From positions 31,191 through 95,190 of the forward strand of contig CALDOJ010000036.1 in NCBI GenBank assembly GCA_937912225.1: a stretch of 64,000 nucleotides of DNA. The letters run 5' to 3'. Under the pieces are notes generated by a model. The model was not told where the DNA came from. It saw only the letters and a list, made by a program, of their open reading frames with translations, and did no database searches. Both the position numbers and the translations under genes were made by a program. Numbering within the stretch: the first letter of the stretch is position 1; every line of letters starts with the position of its first letter. The DNA is from Candidatus Woesearchaeota archaeon. GTDB lineage: Archaea > Nanobdellota > Nanobdellia > Woesearchaeales > GCA-2686295. This document shows positions 10,585 through 20,639 of the stretch, in pieces.

Positions 10585-10643
10585 ATTTTAAGTTCTAACC
10601 TCTTTTTTTAATAGTTCAATACATTCCAATATTTAAATCCGGT

Positions 10644-12548
10644 TCATTCTAAAAACTCAGTTGTAAAAACAGTTTCAATATCAAAAGAGTTTTCAAGTTC
10701 TCCAACAGAATCTAAATCTTCATATAGTTTCTGCCATTTTTCTTTAGTCATAAAACCTATTTTTTGTGATGAATCTGCTTTAAAATATTGAATTGAAGAT
10801 TGAAGCATGTTTTTTTGATGTACAGGGTCTAATCTTGCATCATATTCAAAAACAAATCCTGTTGAATCCTCAGGGTTTTCATAAACATACTCCCATCCTT
10901 TCAAAGTAGCTGATAAAAACTTTCTAACTAATTCCGGATTAGTTTTTATAAGCTCATCAGTTGTAAAGATAACATTATAATAACTATCAAATCCAAAATC
11001 TGAAGGGTACAAAACATTGACTTCATAATTCTCTTCTAAAGCTTCTTGTAATTCATTTATAGAAACTCCAGCAACTAAATCAACATTTTCATCAAATAAA
11101 GATTGCAAACCATATTGTTTAGATACAAAATTAATATTTGAAGAATCAACACCATTATTTTCTAAAAGAATCTTTTTGATGATTGCTTGTGAACCAATAC
11201 TTGCAATAGTTGTTCCTTCTAAATCTTTAAGAGATAAAATATTTTTTTCTTTTAAAGACAAAAACACTGTTGGATTCTTATAATAAACTGCCGCAATCGC
11301 CTTTAGTTTTGCACCAGAACTAATCTTCTTCAATAAATCAATTGGAATAGTAACTCCAAATTGATCATCTCCATTTATAACTCTATCTTCAATTGACGCA
11401 TCATAACCTGCTGAATGCAAATCAACTTTTAATCCTTCAGCACCATAATATCCTAGTTGGTCTGCAGCATAGAAACCTACGAATTGATTTTGATGCAACC
11501 AAGATAATTTTACATTTACTTCTTCTTCTTCTTCTTCTTCAGAATAAATTTTCTCTAAAAATTTAGTTGTATAAACTAATTCAGAACCAATTGGTCTACT
11601 TAATATTCCTTGTTCAAATAAAATTCTTTGAGTACCTTCCCATTCTTTAGATTCCATCCACCCAAGTGGACTGTCACCAGTATGAATTAAAGGAATACTC
11701 TGACTTAACATGTAAGTTTCATGTTCTCTTGTGCTATCAACAGCGTATTTTAAAACAGTTGTAACTGTTTCTTCTTCATTCTCAATAGCGTATTGCCAGC
11801 CTTTCAAAGTAGCTCTTAGAAAATCTTCTACTAATTCAGGATTATTATTAATCATATCATCAGTTGTAAACAATACATCTGCATAAATATTAGCTCCATA
11901 ATCGGCCATTAAAATCGTGTTTACTTCATGACCTGCTTGCATTGCTAAATGTGGTTCGTTAATAATATAACCAGTTGATACATCAGTATCACCAGCTAAT
12001 AATTCAGTCGCATCATAACCAATAGTTACTTCATTAATTTGACTACGATCAATCTTAAGCCTATTCATCATAGATGCATACAAAATTCCGACATTAATAT
12101 CAGTTCCATCACTAGCTCTTTCAATACCAACAGTTTTACCAACAAAATCTTGAGGACTAGTAATTCCGCTAGTTCCTAAAGAGTAAGCAACAACTGGATT
12201 AATTTTATATATTACTGCAATAGCTTTTAGTGGTAGACCTTGTTCTCGAGCTAAAATTAATTCATCAGCACCAGTTATTCCAAATTCGACATCACCTTTA
12301 GCAACAGCAGATATGGTTGGTTCTTCAAATGAAAAAGGCTCTATATTAACATTTAATCCTTCATCAGAATAAAAACTGTTTTCTTTAGCAACATAATTAC
12401 CTGCGAATTGAGATTGATGAAGCCATTTAAGTTTTAAAGTTACATCAGTTAGTTCTTTTTCTTTAAATAAGAAAAAACTAGATAACACTAAAATAGCAAC
12501 TAAAACAATAGCTGAGTTAATTAAAAAGGTTTTTTTTGTATGTTTCAT
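10644..12548 (-). CDS. Tandem-duplicated NMT1/THI5 (SsuA/TauA-like) solute-binding protein, membrane anchored
   Basis: Two homologous ~300-aa halves, each beginning LKLKWLHQSQFAG / VKLSWLHQNQFVG…, with the pattern typical of NMT1-like ABC substrate-binding proteins. They are joined by an EEEEEEE linker ((GAA)7 at 11521-11541). N-terminal signal-anchor. Confidence 0.75.
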   Translation of the reverse strand: MKHTKKTFLINSAIVLVAILVLSSFFLFKEKELTDVTLKLKWLHQSQFAGNYVAKENSFYSDEGLNVNIEPFSFEEPTISAVAKGDVEFGITGADELILAREQGLPLKAIAVIYKINPVVAYSLGTSGITSPQDFVGKTVGIERASDGTDINVGILYASMMNRLKIDRSQINEVTIGYDATELLAGDTDVSTGYIINEPHLAMQAGHEVNTILMADYGANIYADVLFTTDDMINNNPELVEDFLRATLKGWQYAIENEEETVTTVLKYAVDSTREHETYMLSQSIPLIHTGDSPLGWMESKEWEGTQRILFEQGILSRPIGSELVYTTKFLEKIYSEEEEEEEVNVKLSWLHQNQFVGFYAADQLGYYGAEGLKVDLHSAGYDASIEDRVINGDDQFGVTIPIDLLKKISSGAKLKAIAAVYYKNPTVFLSLKEKNILSLKDLEGTTIASIGSQAIIKKILLENNGVDSSNINFVSKQYGLQSLFDENVDLVAGVSINELQEALEENYEVNVLYPSDFGFDSYYNVIFTTDELIKTNPELVRKFLSATLKGWEYVYENPEDSTGFVFEYDARLDPVHQKNMLQSSIQYFKADSSQKIGFMTKEKWQKLYEDLDSVGELENSFDIETVFTTEFLE

Positions 12549-12566
12549 TTATTAGCCTCCAGCTCT

Positions 12567-13355
12567 TTAAATCCATTTATTAGTTATTTCTTCTATTTGT
12601 TTTCCCCAAATCATCGTACCTAATACTTGATTAACTTCATTCATCAAAAGATTATTTTCTTTCATTGAAGCTAAGCCATAAAATTCTTGAGTAAAAGGAG
12701 TACCTACTACTTTTAATGAAGGATTATTTTTAACCAATTCTAAACCTGCAATGTAATCTATAATGATTGCACTTAAGTTATCATTCAATAATGCAACTGT
12801 TGCAAGATCATAATCTTCATAAGATAATACTAAAGATTCACCAGCATATTTTACTGCTTCATCATAACTAGTTGTATCCATTTGAACACCAACTTTTTTA
12901 CCAAGTAAATCTTCAGGAGTTAAAACTGATTCATCTTCAGCACTCACAACAATTACTTGACCGGCATTAAAATAAGGGATGGAAAATAACATTTCTTGAG
13001 ATCTTTCATCAGTAATAGTTATTGAAGAAATTGCAAAATCAACTTCTCCAGCTTTCACAGCAACGAATAATTCATCCCAACCATAATTAACAAATTCAAT
13101 TTCTAAATTTAAACGCAAAGCTATTTCTCTTGCAACATCAACGTCTATTCCTGCAAATTCACCATTTTCATCTAAGAACTCCATTGGTTCATAAGGAATA
13201 TTTGTACCAACAATTAACTTTCCTCGTTCTTGTACTTTTGAAAACGAATCATCACTTAATTGTTCATTTAACAATTCATCATTAGTTGATGTACAACTAA
13301 TAGTCATCAAAGACAATATTACTAGTACTAAAAAAAACGCTTGTTTATATTTCAT
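12567..13355 (-). CDS. Family-3 (polar amino-acid type) periplasmic solute-binding lipoprotein
   Basis: Signal peptide with lipobox-like …LMTISCTST. GKLIVGTNIPYEPMEF…GEFAGIDVDVAREIALRLNLEIEFV…FAISSITITDERSQ…FSIPYF is classic SBP_bac_3. Confidence 0.8.
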   Translation of the reverse strand: MKYKQAFFLVLVILSLMTISCTSTNDELLNEQLSDDSFSKVQERGKLIVGTNIPYEPMEFLDENGEFAGIDVDVAREIALRLNLEIEFVNYGWDELFVAVKAGEVDFAISSITITDERSQEMLFSIPYFNAGQVIVVSAEDESVLTPEDLLGKKVGVQMDTTSYDEAVKYAGESLVLSYEDYDLATVALLNDNLSAIIIDYIAGLELVKNNPSLKVVGTPFTQEFYGLASMKENNLLMNEVNQVLGTMIWGKQIEEITNKWI

Positions 13356-13368
13356 ATTTATTTCACCT

Positions 13369-16300
13369 TCATTGTTTTTTCTTTAATCGTTTAATTTCTT
13401 CTTTTAGTTTGATCATTTGTAATTCTCTATTAATTGCATACGTATGAAATTTTTCAAGTTCTTCAGTTCTTCTCTTCAATGCTTCATCAGATTTTTTTCT
13501 ATGAGTAACATCTCTAAGAGCTCCTGCTATTCCAATAATCTTCCCAGAAGAATTTTTAATAGGTGCTTCATCAATCTCAGCCCAAAATATTTCTCCATTT
13601 TTCTTCTTGAATTCTAAAATATAAGGTTTTTGAATTACTCCTGTCTTTAAAGCTTTCACAGTTAGTTTTAAACCTTCATCATTAATAGGGTTTTTTGTTG
13701 TTAAAGTAGTCCATTTAACCATCATCTCTTCTGGTGTGTAACCAAATACTCTTTTAGAAAGAGGATTCACATATGATAATTTATGATTTGTATCATGAAT
13801 GTAGAACATGTCATCACTATGTTCAATAATAGTTTTATATTTTTTCTCACTAGCTTCTAACAAGTTCTCTGCTTCTTTTTGATCAGTTATATCTCTAAAT
13901 ATTTCCATAATAACTTTTTTACCTTTAAGATTCATACCAACATGATTAATTTCATAAGTTCTATTCCCAGCAACCCCTGTTGTAATAATACTTCTTCGCT
14001 CACCTAATTTAATAGGTTTCTTCAATGGACAATCACCACATTGTTTTTTATTATCCTTATAAAGATTATAACATTTCTTTCCAATTGCTTTTTTTCCAAA
14101 AATGTTTAAGAAAAATTCATTCATGTAAAGAATATTTAAGTTTTCATCAACAATATCCATTCCTTCAGGTAAAGCCTTAAGAATATTTTCTGAAAACTCT
14201 TTTTCTTTTCGAAGTTCTCCTTCCGCAGTCTTTATATTTGTGATATCTGAAAGAACTCCCTCATAACCTTTCGCCACACCATTTTTATTATATACAATTC
14301 TAACACTATCTCGCACCCATTTTATATCTCCAGTCTTAGTTTTAAGTTTATACTCACTAAAAAAGTATTTATCTTTTTTCTTAAGAGCTTTATTTAAAAC
14401 AGGAGTTATACGCGTTACATCATCCTCAAACATTAGACTAACATACGATCTAACTTTGTTATTAATAACATCACTAACAGGAAAACCTGTAACTTCTTTA
14501 AATGCAAAACTTGCAAAAGAAAAAGTCCAATTCATATCACATTTGTAAACAACACCAGGAACAGTGTCTATCATATTTCTAAATTGTTCCTCGCTTTCTT
14601 TTAATTTTTCTTCTGCAAGTTTTTTATCTGTAATATCTTGAGTTGTTCCTATTAATTTAACTACAACTCCTTTCTCTTTTTTAGTTTTGCATCTTGCATT
14701 TACCCACACAATGTTCCCAGAAGGTTGAACTAAACGTATTTCTATATTATATCCAACACCTGTTTTAGTAGTATTCGCAACAGAATCATTAAATAAATTC
14801 CAATCCTTTGGATGAATATATTTCTTATGCTCTTTATAATTAAGTTCTCCTTTTTTTGGATCAATACCAAATATTTTAAATAATTGTTCAGACCAAATAG
14901 GTTGTGCAGTTTTAACATCAAAACTCCAACTTCCAATACTGGCTACTTCTTGTGCTTCCATTAATTGTTCTTCACTTACTATTAATTCTTCTTCTGCTTG
15001 TTTTCTTTCAGTAATATCTCTAATAACACCAACTACTTTAACTGGTTTATTATTCTCATAAATTAATTGTCCAGATTCTTCAGCAAAAATATATTTTCCA
15101 TTCTTAAGTTTAAGTCTGAATTCTGTTGTCGTAACTTTTCCCGTCTTCCAGAGCATTTCAAAATCTTTCATAACAGATTTCAAATCATCAGGATGAACAA
15201 AATTAGACAAAGGTTTTCCAAGAACTTCTTTTACTCTATAACCATATTTACCAATATTATCTGAAACAAAAATAATATTTCCATTAATATCATAACTATA
15301 AATTATGTCTGAGACTTTATTAACAAGAGTTTTGAATTTTTCTTCACTTTCTTTTAACTTTTTCTTTGAAAGTTCTCTGGAAGTAATATCTTGAAAAATA
15401 CAATGTGTTCTTTGAAACACACCATTTTCATCATATTCTGCAGTTCCATTATATTCAACAAGGATATGTTCGCCATTTTTTTGTTTCATAGAAAAGAGAA
15501 TATCACAAGCAGTACCTGTTTTTTTAAAATTAGAAAAATTTGATTTAAAATCATTTAATTTATCAGATGAAACAAACTCTGAAAAATTCTTACCAATAAC
15601 ATCTTGTTTTTTATATCCAAGAATGTTTAACCAAGCAGGATTAACGTCTAATAAATCCCCGTTTGAATCTAAAGATTGATATGGAACTGGAATTTTTTGG
15701 TAAACTGTTCTAAATTTATTCTCGCTTTCTATTAACTTAGTTTCAAAAAGCTTTTTTTCAGTTATGTCTTGAGTTATTCCAATTGCATTTATTGCTTTAC
15801 CTTTTTTATCAAATAATATCTTTGCTTTTTCTTTTACCCACTTTACTTTTCCTTTTACTATAATACGATGTTCAAGATTATAAACTCCAGACTTTAAACC
15901 TTCAGTCCACTTTTTAGCAACATATTCTTTGTCATCAGGATGAATGGTTGCTAAAAAACTTGATAAATTTAGAGAAGCTCCTTGTTTAACTCCAAATATC
16001 TTATAATTTTGTTCAGTCCATTCTAAAATGTCATTAACAATATCTAACTTCCAAGTTCCAATCAAACCAATTTCTTGCGATTTTAATAATTTTGATTCAC
16101 TTTCTTTTAAAGCTTCTTCTGAAAGTTTTTTTTCAGTAATATCAACTGCAGCAGCATAAATATATTTACCGGCATGCGTTGTTTGCCATTCTAAAGTTCT
16201 ATAAGAACCATTCTTATGTTTATATCGATTAACAAAATTAATTATAGAGTCTCCTTTTAGTTGTTTTTCTTTAAGCTCAACAGCTATTCTTTTTAAATCA

Positions 16301-17742
16301 TCAGGATGAGAAAGTTTAGTCCAACCAAGATCTAAAAATTCTTTTTTAGTATAACCCAACATAGATTTACAAGAATTATTAACATTAATTATAGTCCCAT
16401 CAACTTTTGAAATAGTCATTAAAACAGGCGCAGATTCAAAAATATCTTTTAATTTTTCTTCACTTTCTCTCAAATCTTCTTCTGCTTTCTTACGTTCTGT
16501 TGTTATAGTAAAATAAACTGATATGCCTTCTTTAGAAGGGTAAACTCTAACATCATACCAATTAATATAAGGTTTCTTTCCAAAAAAGATTTCAAAAGTA
16601 ACTAATTTATTATTTTTTAAAGCATAAGTATATTTTTCTTCAAATATACTTCCCTTAGCTTCTTTAAACACTTCATTAAATATTTGTTTGCCTAAAATAT
16701 CTTTGCTCTTTTTATTTAAAAGTTCTTCAGATTTTTTATTAAAATAAGTAAATCTAAGGTCTTGATTTAGTGTGAAAAATGCATCACTAATGCTTTCCAC
16801 AGTTGTTCTAAGTTTCTCTTCACTTTCAATTAATTTTTTTCCTATTCTATTTTTTCTCAGAAAATTGTTGAAAAGACCACTTATTGTTGAAATTTCGTCC
16901 TTAACTTTTTTATCTATTTTCGTCTCAGATTCAACAATATCCAAACCTATAAATCCTTTTAATTCATTGTTCTCTGTTAAAGGTATGGTGATTAAAGATT
17001 TGATTTTTTGTAATTGAAAATGTTTTTTTTCTAATTTTGCTTCAGAAGGTAATTTTGCTACACTTTCAACAACAAAAGGTTTTAGTTTTAGTATTTGTTT
17101 ATTAAACCAAGGTAATTCTTTTTTTAAATTAATATTTTTTAAATTATTTATTTCTGGCTTCACTCCTTTTCTACACCATTCATGAGTATTTGACATAAAC
17201 TTTCCTGAAACAGAAAAAATATAACTTCTATCTGCATGAAAATAATTTCCAATAGTTTCTAAAGCTTTATTTATAACATCATCAACTAATTCTTTATCAT
17301 AATCAATAAAAGACATAGAAAGTTCATTTAAGATATTCTCAAACAACAATTTTTGCTTTAAAAGTTTTTCTGCGTTTTTTTGTTCAGTAATATCTCTAAG
17401 AATTGTTTGTAAAGCAATTACTTTACCATTTTTCTTTATTGGTCGACTTTTATACTCCATAAAAAAGTTTCCTTTCGGAGCAATTATTTCAACAGAACCA
17501 TGAGTTGGTTTACCTTTAGCTAAGTCAAGCATTTCTTTTGTAAGCTGAAGAACATGTTTTTTTACAACCAATTTATACGTGGACTCACCAATTAAATCTG
17601 ATTCTTTAAAGCCATATTTATTAACTGCTTTATTTGCATAAAGAACTCTACCTTTTAGATCTATAAATAGAATTATATCTGTAAAGTTATCAAACAGGTC
17701 TGATTTAAAATTACTAGTACTAATCTCTGGTTTTTTACCCAT
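13369..17742 (-). CDS. Cytoplasmic multi-PAS/PAC (about 10 repeats) plus GAF sensor protein lacking a catalytic output domain
   Basis: 1457 aa. PAS/PAC signatures recur throughout (…DITE(Q/R)K…AEE.L…SEEK(L/F)…). A GAF-like block near residues 150-300. A Cys cluster CYNLYKDNKKQCGDCPLKK. Ends in …RRTEELEKFHTYAINRELQMIKLKEEIKRLKKKQ. The 13-nt gap to the SBP gene indicates co-transcription. Confidence 0.8.
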   Translation of the reverse strand: MGKKPEISTSNFKSDLFDNFTDIILFIDLKGRVLYANKAVNKYGFKESDLIGESTYKLVVKKHVLQLTKEMLDLAKGKPTHGSVEIIAPKGNFFMEYKSRPIKKNGKVIALQTILRDITEQKNAEKLLKQKLLFENILNELSMSFIDYDKELVDDVINKALETIGNYFHADRSYIFSVSGKFMSNTHEWCRKGVKPEINNLKNINLKKELPWFNKQILKLKPFVVESVAKLPSEAKLEKKHFQLQKIKSLITIPLTENNELKGFIGLDIVESETKIDKKVKDEISTISGLFNNFLRKNRIGKKLIESEEKLRTTVESISDAFFTLNQDLRFTYFNKKSEELLNKKSKDILGKQIFNEVFKEAKGSIFEEKYTYALKNNKLVTFEIFFGKKPYINWYDVRVYPSKEGISVYFTITTERKKAEEDLRESEEKLKDIFESAPVLMTISKVDGTIINVNNSCKSMLGYTKKEFLDLGWTKLSHPDDLKRIAVELKEKQLKGDSIINFVNRYKHKNGSYRTLEWQTTHAGKYIYAAAVDITEKKLSEEALKESESKLLKSQEIGLIGTWKLDIVNDILEWTEQNYKIFGVKQGASLNLSSFLATIHPDDKEYVAKKWTEGLKSGVYNLEHRIIVKGKVKWVKEKAKILFDKKGKAINAIGITQDITEKKLFETKLIESENKFRTVYQKIPVPYQSLDSNGDLLDVNPAWLNILGYKKQDVIGKNFSEFVSSDKLNDFKSNFSNFKKTGTACDILFSMKQKNGEHILVEYNGTAEYDENGVFQRTHCIFQDITSRELSKKKLKESEEKFKTLVNKVSDIIYSYDINGNIIFVSDNIGKYGYRVKEVLGKPLSNFVHPDDLKSVMKDFEMLWKTGKVTTTEFRLKLKNGKYIFAEESGQLIYENNKPVKVVGVIRDITERKQAEEELIVSEEQLMEAQEVASIGSWSFDVKTAQPIWSEQLFKIFGIDPKKGELNYKEHKKYIHPKDWNLFNDSVANTTKTGVGYNIEIRLVQPSGNIVWVNARCKTKKEKGVVVKLIGTTQDITDKKLAEEKLKESEEQFRNMIDTVPGVVYKCDMNWTFSFASFAFKEVTGFPVSDVINNKVRSYVSLMFEDDVTRITPVLNKALKKKDKYFFSEYKLKTKTGDIKWVRDSVRIVYNKNGVAKGYEGVLSDITNIKTAEGELRKEKEFSENILKALPEGMDIVDENLNILYMNEFFLNIFGKKAIGKKCYNLYKDNKKQCGDCPLKKPIKLGERRSIITTGVAGNRTYEINHVGMNLKGKKVIMEIFRDITDQKEAENLLEASEKKYKTIIEHSDDMFYIHDTNHKLSYVNPLSKRVFGYTPEEMMVKWTTLTTKNPINDEGLKLTVKALKTGVIQKPYILEFKKKNGEIFWAEIDEAPIKNSSGKIIGIAGALRDVTHRKKSDEALKRRTEELEKFHTYAINRELQMIKLKEEIKRLKKKQ

Positions 17743-17788
17743 TTCCTCCCTCTTAATAATTTTCTAGTTTGACAGTATAAATACTTTC

Positions 17789-18925
17789 TTATTCGTCGGA
17801 ACTTTTAAACATATCTTCTGCAGTTGTTGGTTTTGTTTCAGATTCTTGTTCTGTTTGTACAACTGGTTCAGCTTTAGCAGGTGCAGAGTCTATAGATGCA
17901 AGTTCTGCAGGTGCAGTTTGTTTAACAGGTTCTTCTTCAACAGACTTTTCTTCGCTTTCACCTTCAGCTTTTACTTCTTGCTTTTTTCCTCCAAACAAAC
18001 CAAAAAGTTTTTTCTTTTCTTCAGGCTTAGATTCTTCTTCACTGTTTCTTTCTTCAGCTTCTGATTCTTCCAAATTAACCTTATACTTCTTTTGTAATTT
18101 ATCAGTTAATTGTTTAAACATTAATTTTAAATCAGTTTTTGTATGTTTACTTCTTTCGTCTAATAATTTAATAACTGTGCCTGTATGTTTCTCAAAATCA
18201 TTAAATTTGTTAAGCAAATCAACGAATTCTTTTTTCTCAGCTTTCTGATCAGTTTGAACTCTCATTTTATCAAAATCAGCTTGCATTTTTTTGAACTCAC
18301 GATTTATATCTTTAACTTGTGAATCAAATTTATCAAATTCAGAAAACTTTTTCTCAACATCTAAAAAAATCGTTTCAACTCTATCAGCATGTCTTTCAAC
18401 AATTGACTCGACTTTTTTAAGATTAGCCAACTCATTTTTTATTTCTTCATGTAATTTTATTATTTGCTCAGTTCCTTTGTAAACATCCATTTGACCACGC
18501 ATACCTTTCAACTGAGACATGATATCCTTCATCAAAGATTCATTTCCTTCAATGTTGGCCTTAAGAGCTTCAATTTTCCCATCTGTTTTTCGAAGTTCAG
18601 TCATGAATACACTTGGTTGAACTGTTTCTACTTCATCAATGGCTTTTGTGGCTTTTACTTCTACTTTTGAAAAAGCTTGTTCTAAATCATTAAGCATACC
18701 TCTAATCTCACCCATTTGTTCAGTTACAATTCCAAATCTTTCAGTAGTGGATTTTCTTATCTCATTTAAAGAATCAATCTGACCTTTTATTTTAGCCAGT
18801 TCTATTTCTACTTGTCCACCAAGATTAGCACCTCTATTTTTAGGGGATGATTCTTCTATTTCCTGCTCAGCAGGATTCTCATCACCTTCTCCTATAGTAG
18901 GGCCTGATTTATTCCAAAAAGCCAT
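17789..18925 (-). CDS. Coiled-coil protein with acidic, low-complexity C-terminal tail (hypothetical)
   Basis: 378 aa. Heptad-rich central region (…LEQAFSKVEVKATKAIDEVE…LANLKKVESIVERHADRV…). Glu/Lys-rich tail …EESEAEERNSEEESKPEEKKKLFGLFGG…. Last gene of the seven-gene minus-strand operon. Confidence 0.55.
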   Translation of the reverse strand: MAFWNKSGPTIGEGDENPAEQEIEESSPKNRGANLGGQVEIELAKIKGQIDSLNEIRKSTTERFGIVTEQMGEIRGMLNDLEQAFSKVEVKATKAIDEVETVQPSVFMTELRKTDGKIEALKANIEGNESLMKDIMSQLKGMRGQMDVYKGTEQIIKLHEEIKNELANLKKVESIVERHADRVETIFLDVEKKFSEFDKFDSQVKDINREFKKMQADFDKMRVQTDQKAEKKEFVDLLNKFNDFEKHTGTVIKLLDERSKHTKTDLKLMFKQLTDKLQKKYKVNLEESEAEERNSEEESKPEEKKKLFGLFGGKKQEVKAEGESEEKSVEEEPVKQTAPAELASIDSAPAKAEPVVQTEQESETKPTTAEDMFKSSDE

Positions 18926-19775
18926 TATCTACCTCTTTTTTTTCTTTTAATATGTTTGACATTATTCTCTTATCCCTTATCCCTTTAATGTTTTTCGCTA
19001 ACTCAGGTTGATGAAAAACAAATTCAATCCACATTGAAAAATCATTATCATAGTTTCGTGTATGAAACTCAAAATCCTCAGGGTTCATAAAACTTAAAGC
19101 AGTTATTAAATCTTGTATTGATGTTAAAAGCTTCCCACTTTTCAAACGAAAGAATTTTTCAGGATCTATTACTAGTTCAAGTTTTGGTTCTGTAACTGTT
19201 TCATCAACTTCACTCTGAGGCTCTACTTCTAGCTTATCAGATTCTGTGGTTGTGACTGTCTCTTCAGAAGTATTTTCTGGCTTAACTGGTTCATTCTGAG
19301 GCTCTACTTCTGGTACATAAGAAGTTTCCTTCTGAACACTAGAACTTTCAGTTCTTTGTGTACTAGTAGCTTCGTTACTATTTTCTTCTTTTATATCTAA
19401 ATCTTCTCTGTTTGAATTATTCTCTTTCATTCCTTCTTCAAAAGCTTGAGCCTTTTCTTCATTTAACTTTTCTTTAATCTTTCTTTCAACTTCTGCTTTA
19501 ATATCTACCAAAGGTAATCTTGATTCTTCAATTAATTCCTCTTCTGAAAATTTTAAAATATTCTTAATAACTTCATAGTCTTCTTGTTTTCGAGTATACT
19601 GAGCCCATCGTAATTTTGAATCAAGACTTCTAAGATGAAAGTCTGCTATTGAAGGATTATGACCTTCTTTTCTTAATTCAGTTATTCTTGACTTTAACTC
19701 TCGAACATGACTTCTCAAATCCTCTGTTAAAATTTCATTTTCTTTATCCGAAACTAATTGTTTATTTTTACTCAT
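18909..19775 (-). CDS. Acidic linker protein with C-terminal copy of a conserved ~65-aa 'KNDF-W' module (hypothetical)
   Basis: C-terminal EKFFRLKSGKLLTSIQDLITALSFMNPEDFEFHTRNYDNDFSMWIEFVFHQPELAKNI, preceded by a long E/T/V-rich acidic low-complexity region. 4-nt overlap with the next gene. Confidence 0.6.
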   Translation of the reverse strand: MSKNKQLVSDKENEILTEDLRSHVRELKSRITELRKEGHNPSIADFHLRSLDSKLRWAQYTRKQEDYEVIKNILKFSEEELIEESRLPLVDIKAEVERKIKEKLNEEKAQAFEEGMKENNSNREDLDIKEENSNEATSTQRTESSSVQKETSYVPEVEPQNEPVKPENTSEETVTTTESDKLEVEPQSEVDETVTEPKLELVIDPEKFFRLKSGKLLTSIQDLITALSFMNPEDFEFHTRNYDNDFSMWIEFVFHQPELAKNIKGIRDKRIMSNILKEKKEVDNGFLE

Positions 19776-20602
19776 TTCAATTTCTCATTTACTTCATCAT
19801 TCAAGTCATTTATATCAGAATCAAGTGCTCTTACTTGTCCTTCTACAAAACTTGGTTTTCCAAAAAATAATTTTCCTAAAAATTTATTATTACTAATTTT
19901 TTCTTTTATTTTTTGAAAAAAGTTTTTCTTTGATTTTTCTTTTGAATGAACTGATTCTTTCTTTTTAACTTTCTTTTTCACTTCCTTTTTTACTTCTTCG
20001 TCTTCCTTCTTAATTTCTTCAGCTTCTTTTTCAACTTTTTTCTCAGATTTTTCCTCTCTTGCTTCTTTTGATTCATCAAGTGCTTTTTGAATTTCTACAA
20101 CTTCAGGACTATTGTCTTCTTCAATTGTTTTATTCAAATTAATTTCTGGCAATTTAGAATCAGAATCAACTTCTTTTTCTGGCTCAACCAAGGGTTTAAC
20201 TTCTTGTTCATCAGCTTCTTTATTTGAATCGTCAGAAGTTTCATCTTTGAACATATCATCAATTTTCTTATTAGATTCTTGTTCTGATTCAAAAGGTTCT
20301 TTCTTAACAGGTTCTGATTCTGTTTTCTGATTTTCATCCGGATTCTTAATTAAATCGTGAAAATAATCATCGATTAATTTAATCATAGAATCCTTATCTT
20401 TAGCTTTTTCTAAAACATCCGCCAGTTCATTATTTTTGAAAACACCTTTAACCCAAATAGCAAAATCATTCTTCTCTGAATTAACATGCAAAGCGAATTC
20501 TTCATCAGATCCTTTATCTAAAAAAACTCTAAATTCACCTATAGTTCTCAAAACTTCTCCATTGCCTAAATAAAAATATTCCTCTTGTTTCAAATTCCTC
20601 AC
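19772..20602 (-). CDS. Protein with N-terminal 'KNDF-W' module followed by a highly charged K/E-rich low-complexity tail (hypothetical)
   Basis: N-terminal EYFYLGNGEVLRTIGEFRVFLDKGSDEEFALHVNSEKNDFAIWVKGVFKNNELADVLEK, then a KE-rich disordered region. Confidence 0.6.
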   Translation of the reverse strand: MRNLKQEEYFYLGNGEVLRTIGEFRVFLDKGSDEEFALHVNSEKNDFAIWVKGVFKNNELADVLEKAKDKDSMIKLIDDYFHDLIKNPDENQKTESEPVKKEPFESEQESNKKIDDMFKDETSDDSNKEADEQEVKPLVEPEKEVDSDSKLPEINLNKTIEEDNSPEVVEIQKALDESKEAREEKSEKKVEKEAEEIKKEDEEVKKEVKKKVKKKESVHSKEKSKKNFFQKIKEKISNNKFLGKLFFGKPSFVEGQVRALDSDINDLNDEVNEKLK

Positions 20603-20639
20603 CTCTTATGTGGATTTATTATTATTTGTTGTTTTCTAA

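Noticed and set aside
11521-11541. (GAA)7 and Gly6 (2257-2274) simple-sequence tracts
   Set aside because: Both are in-frame linkers inside well-supported genes (Glu7 between SBP halves; Gly6 in the surface protein). They are not slippage pseudogenes, since the reading frames stay open and domain order is intact. Potential phase-variation hotspots but no evidence of variation in a single sequence.
17789-18925. Coiled-coil protein as PspA/ESCRT-III (Vipp1) homologue
   Set aside because: The N-terminus (MAFWNKSG…) and length are vaguely PspA-like, but I cannot identify the conserved PspA helix-1 motif. Left as a generic coiled-coil protein.
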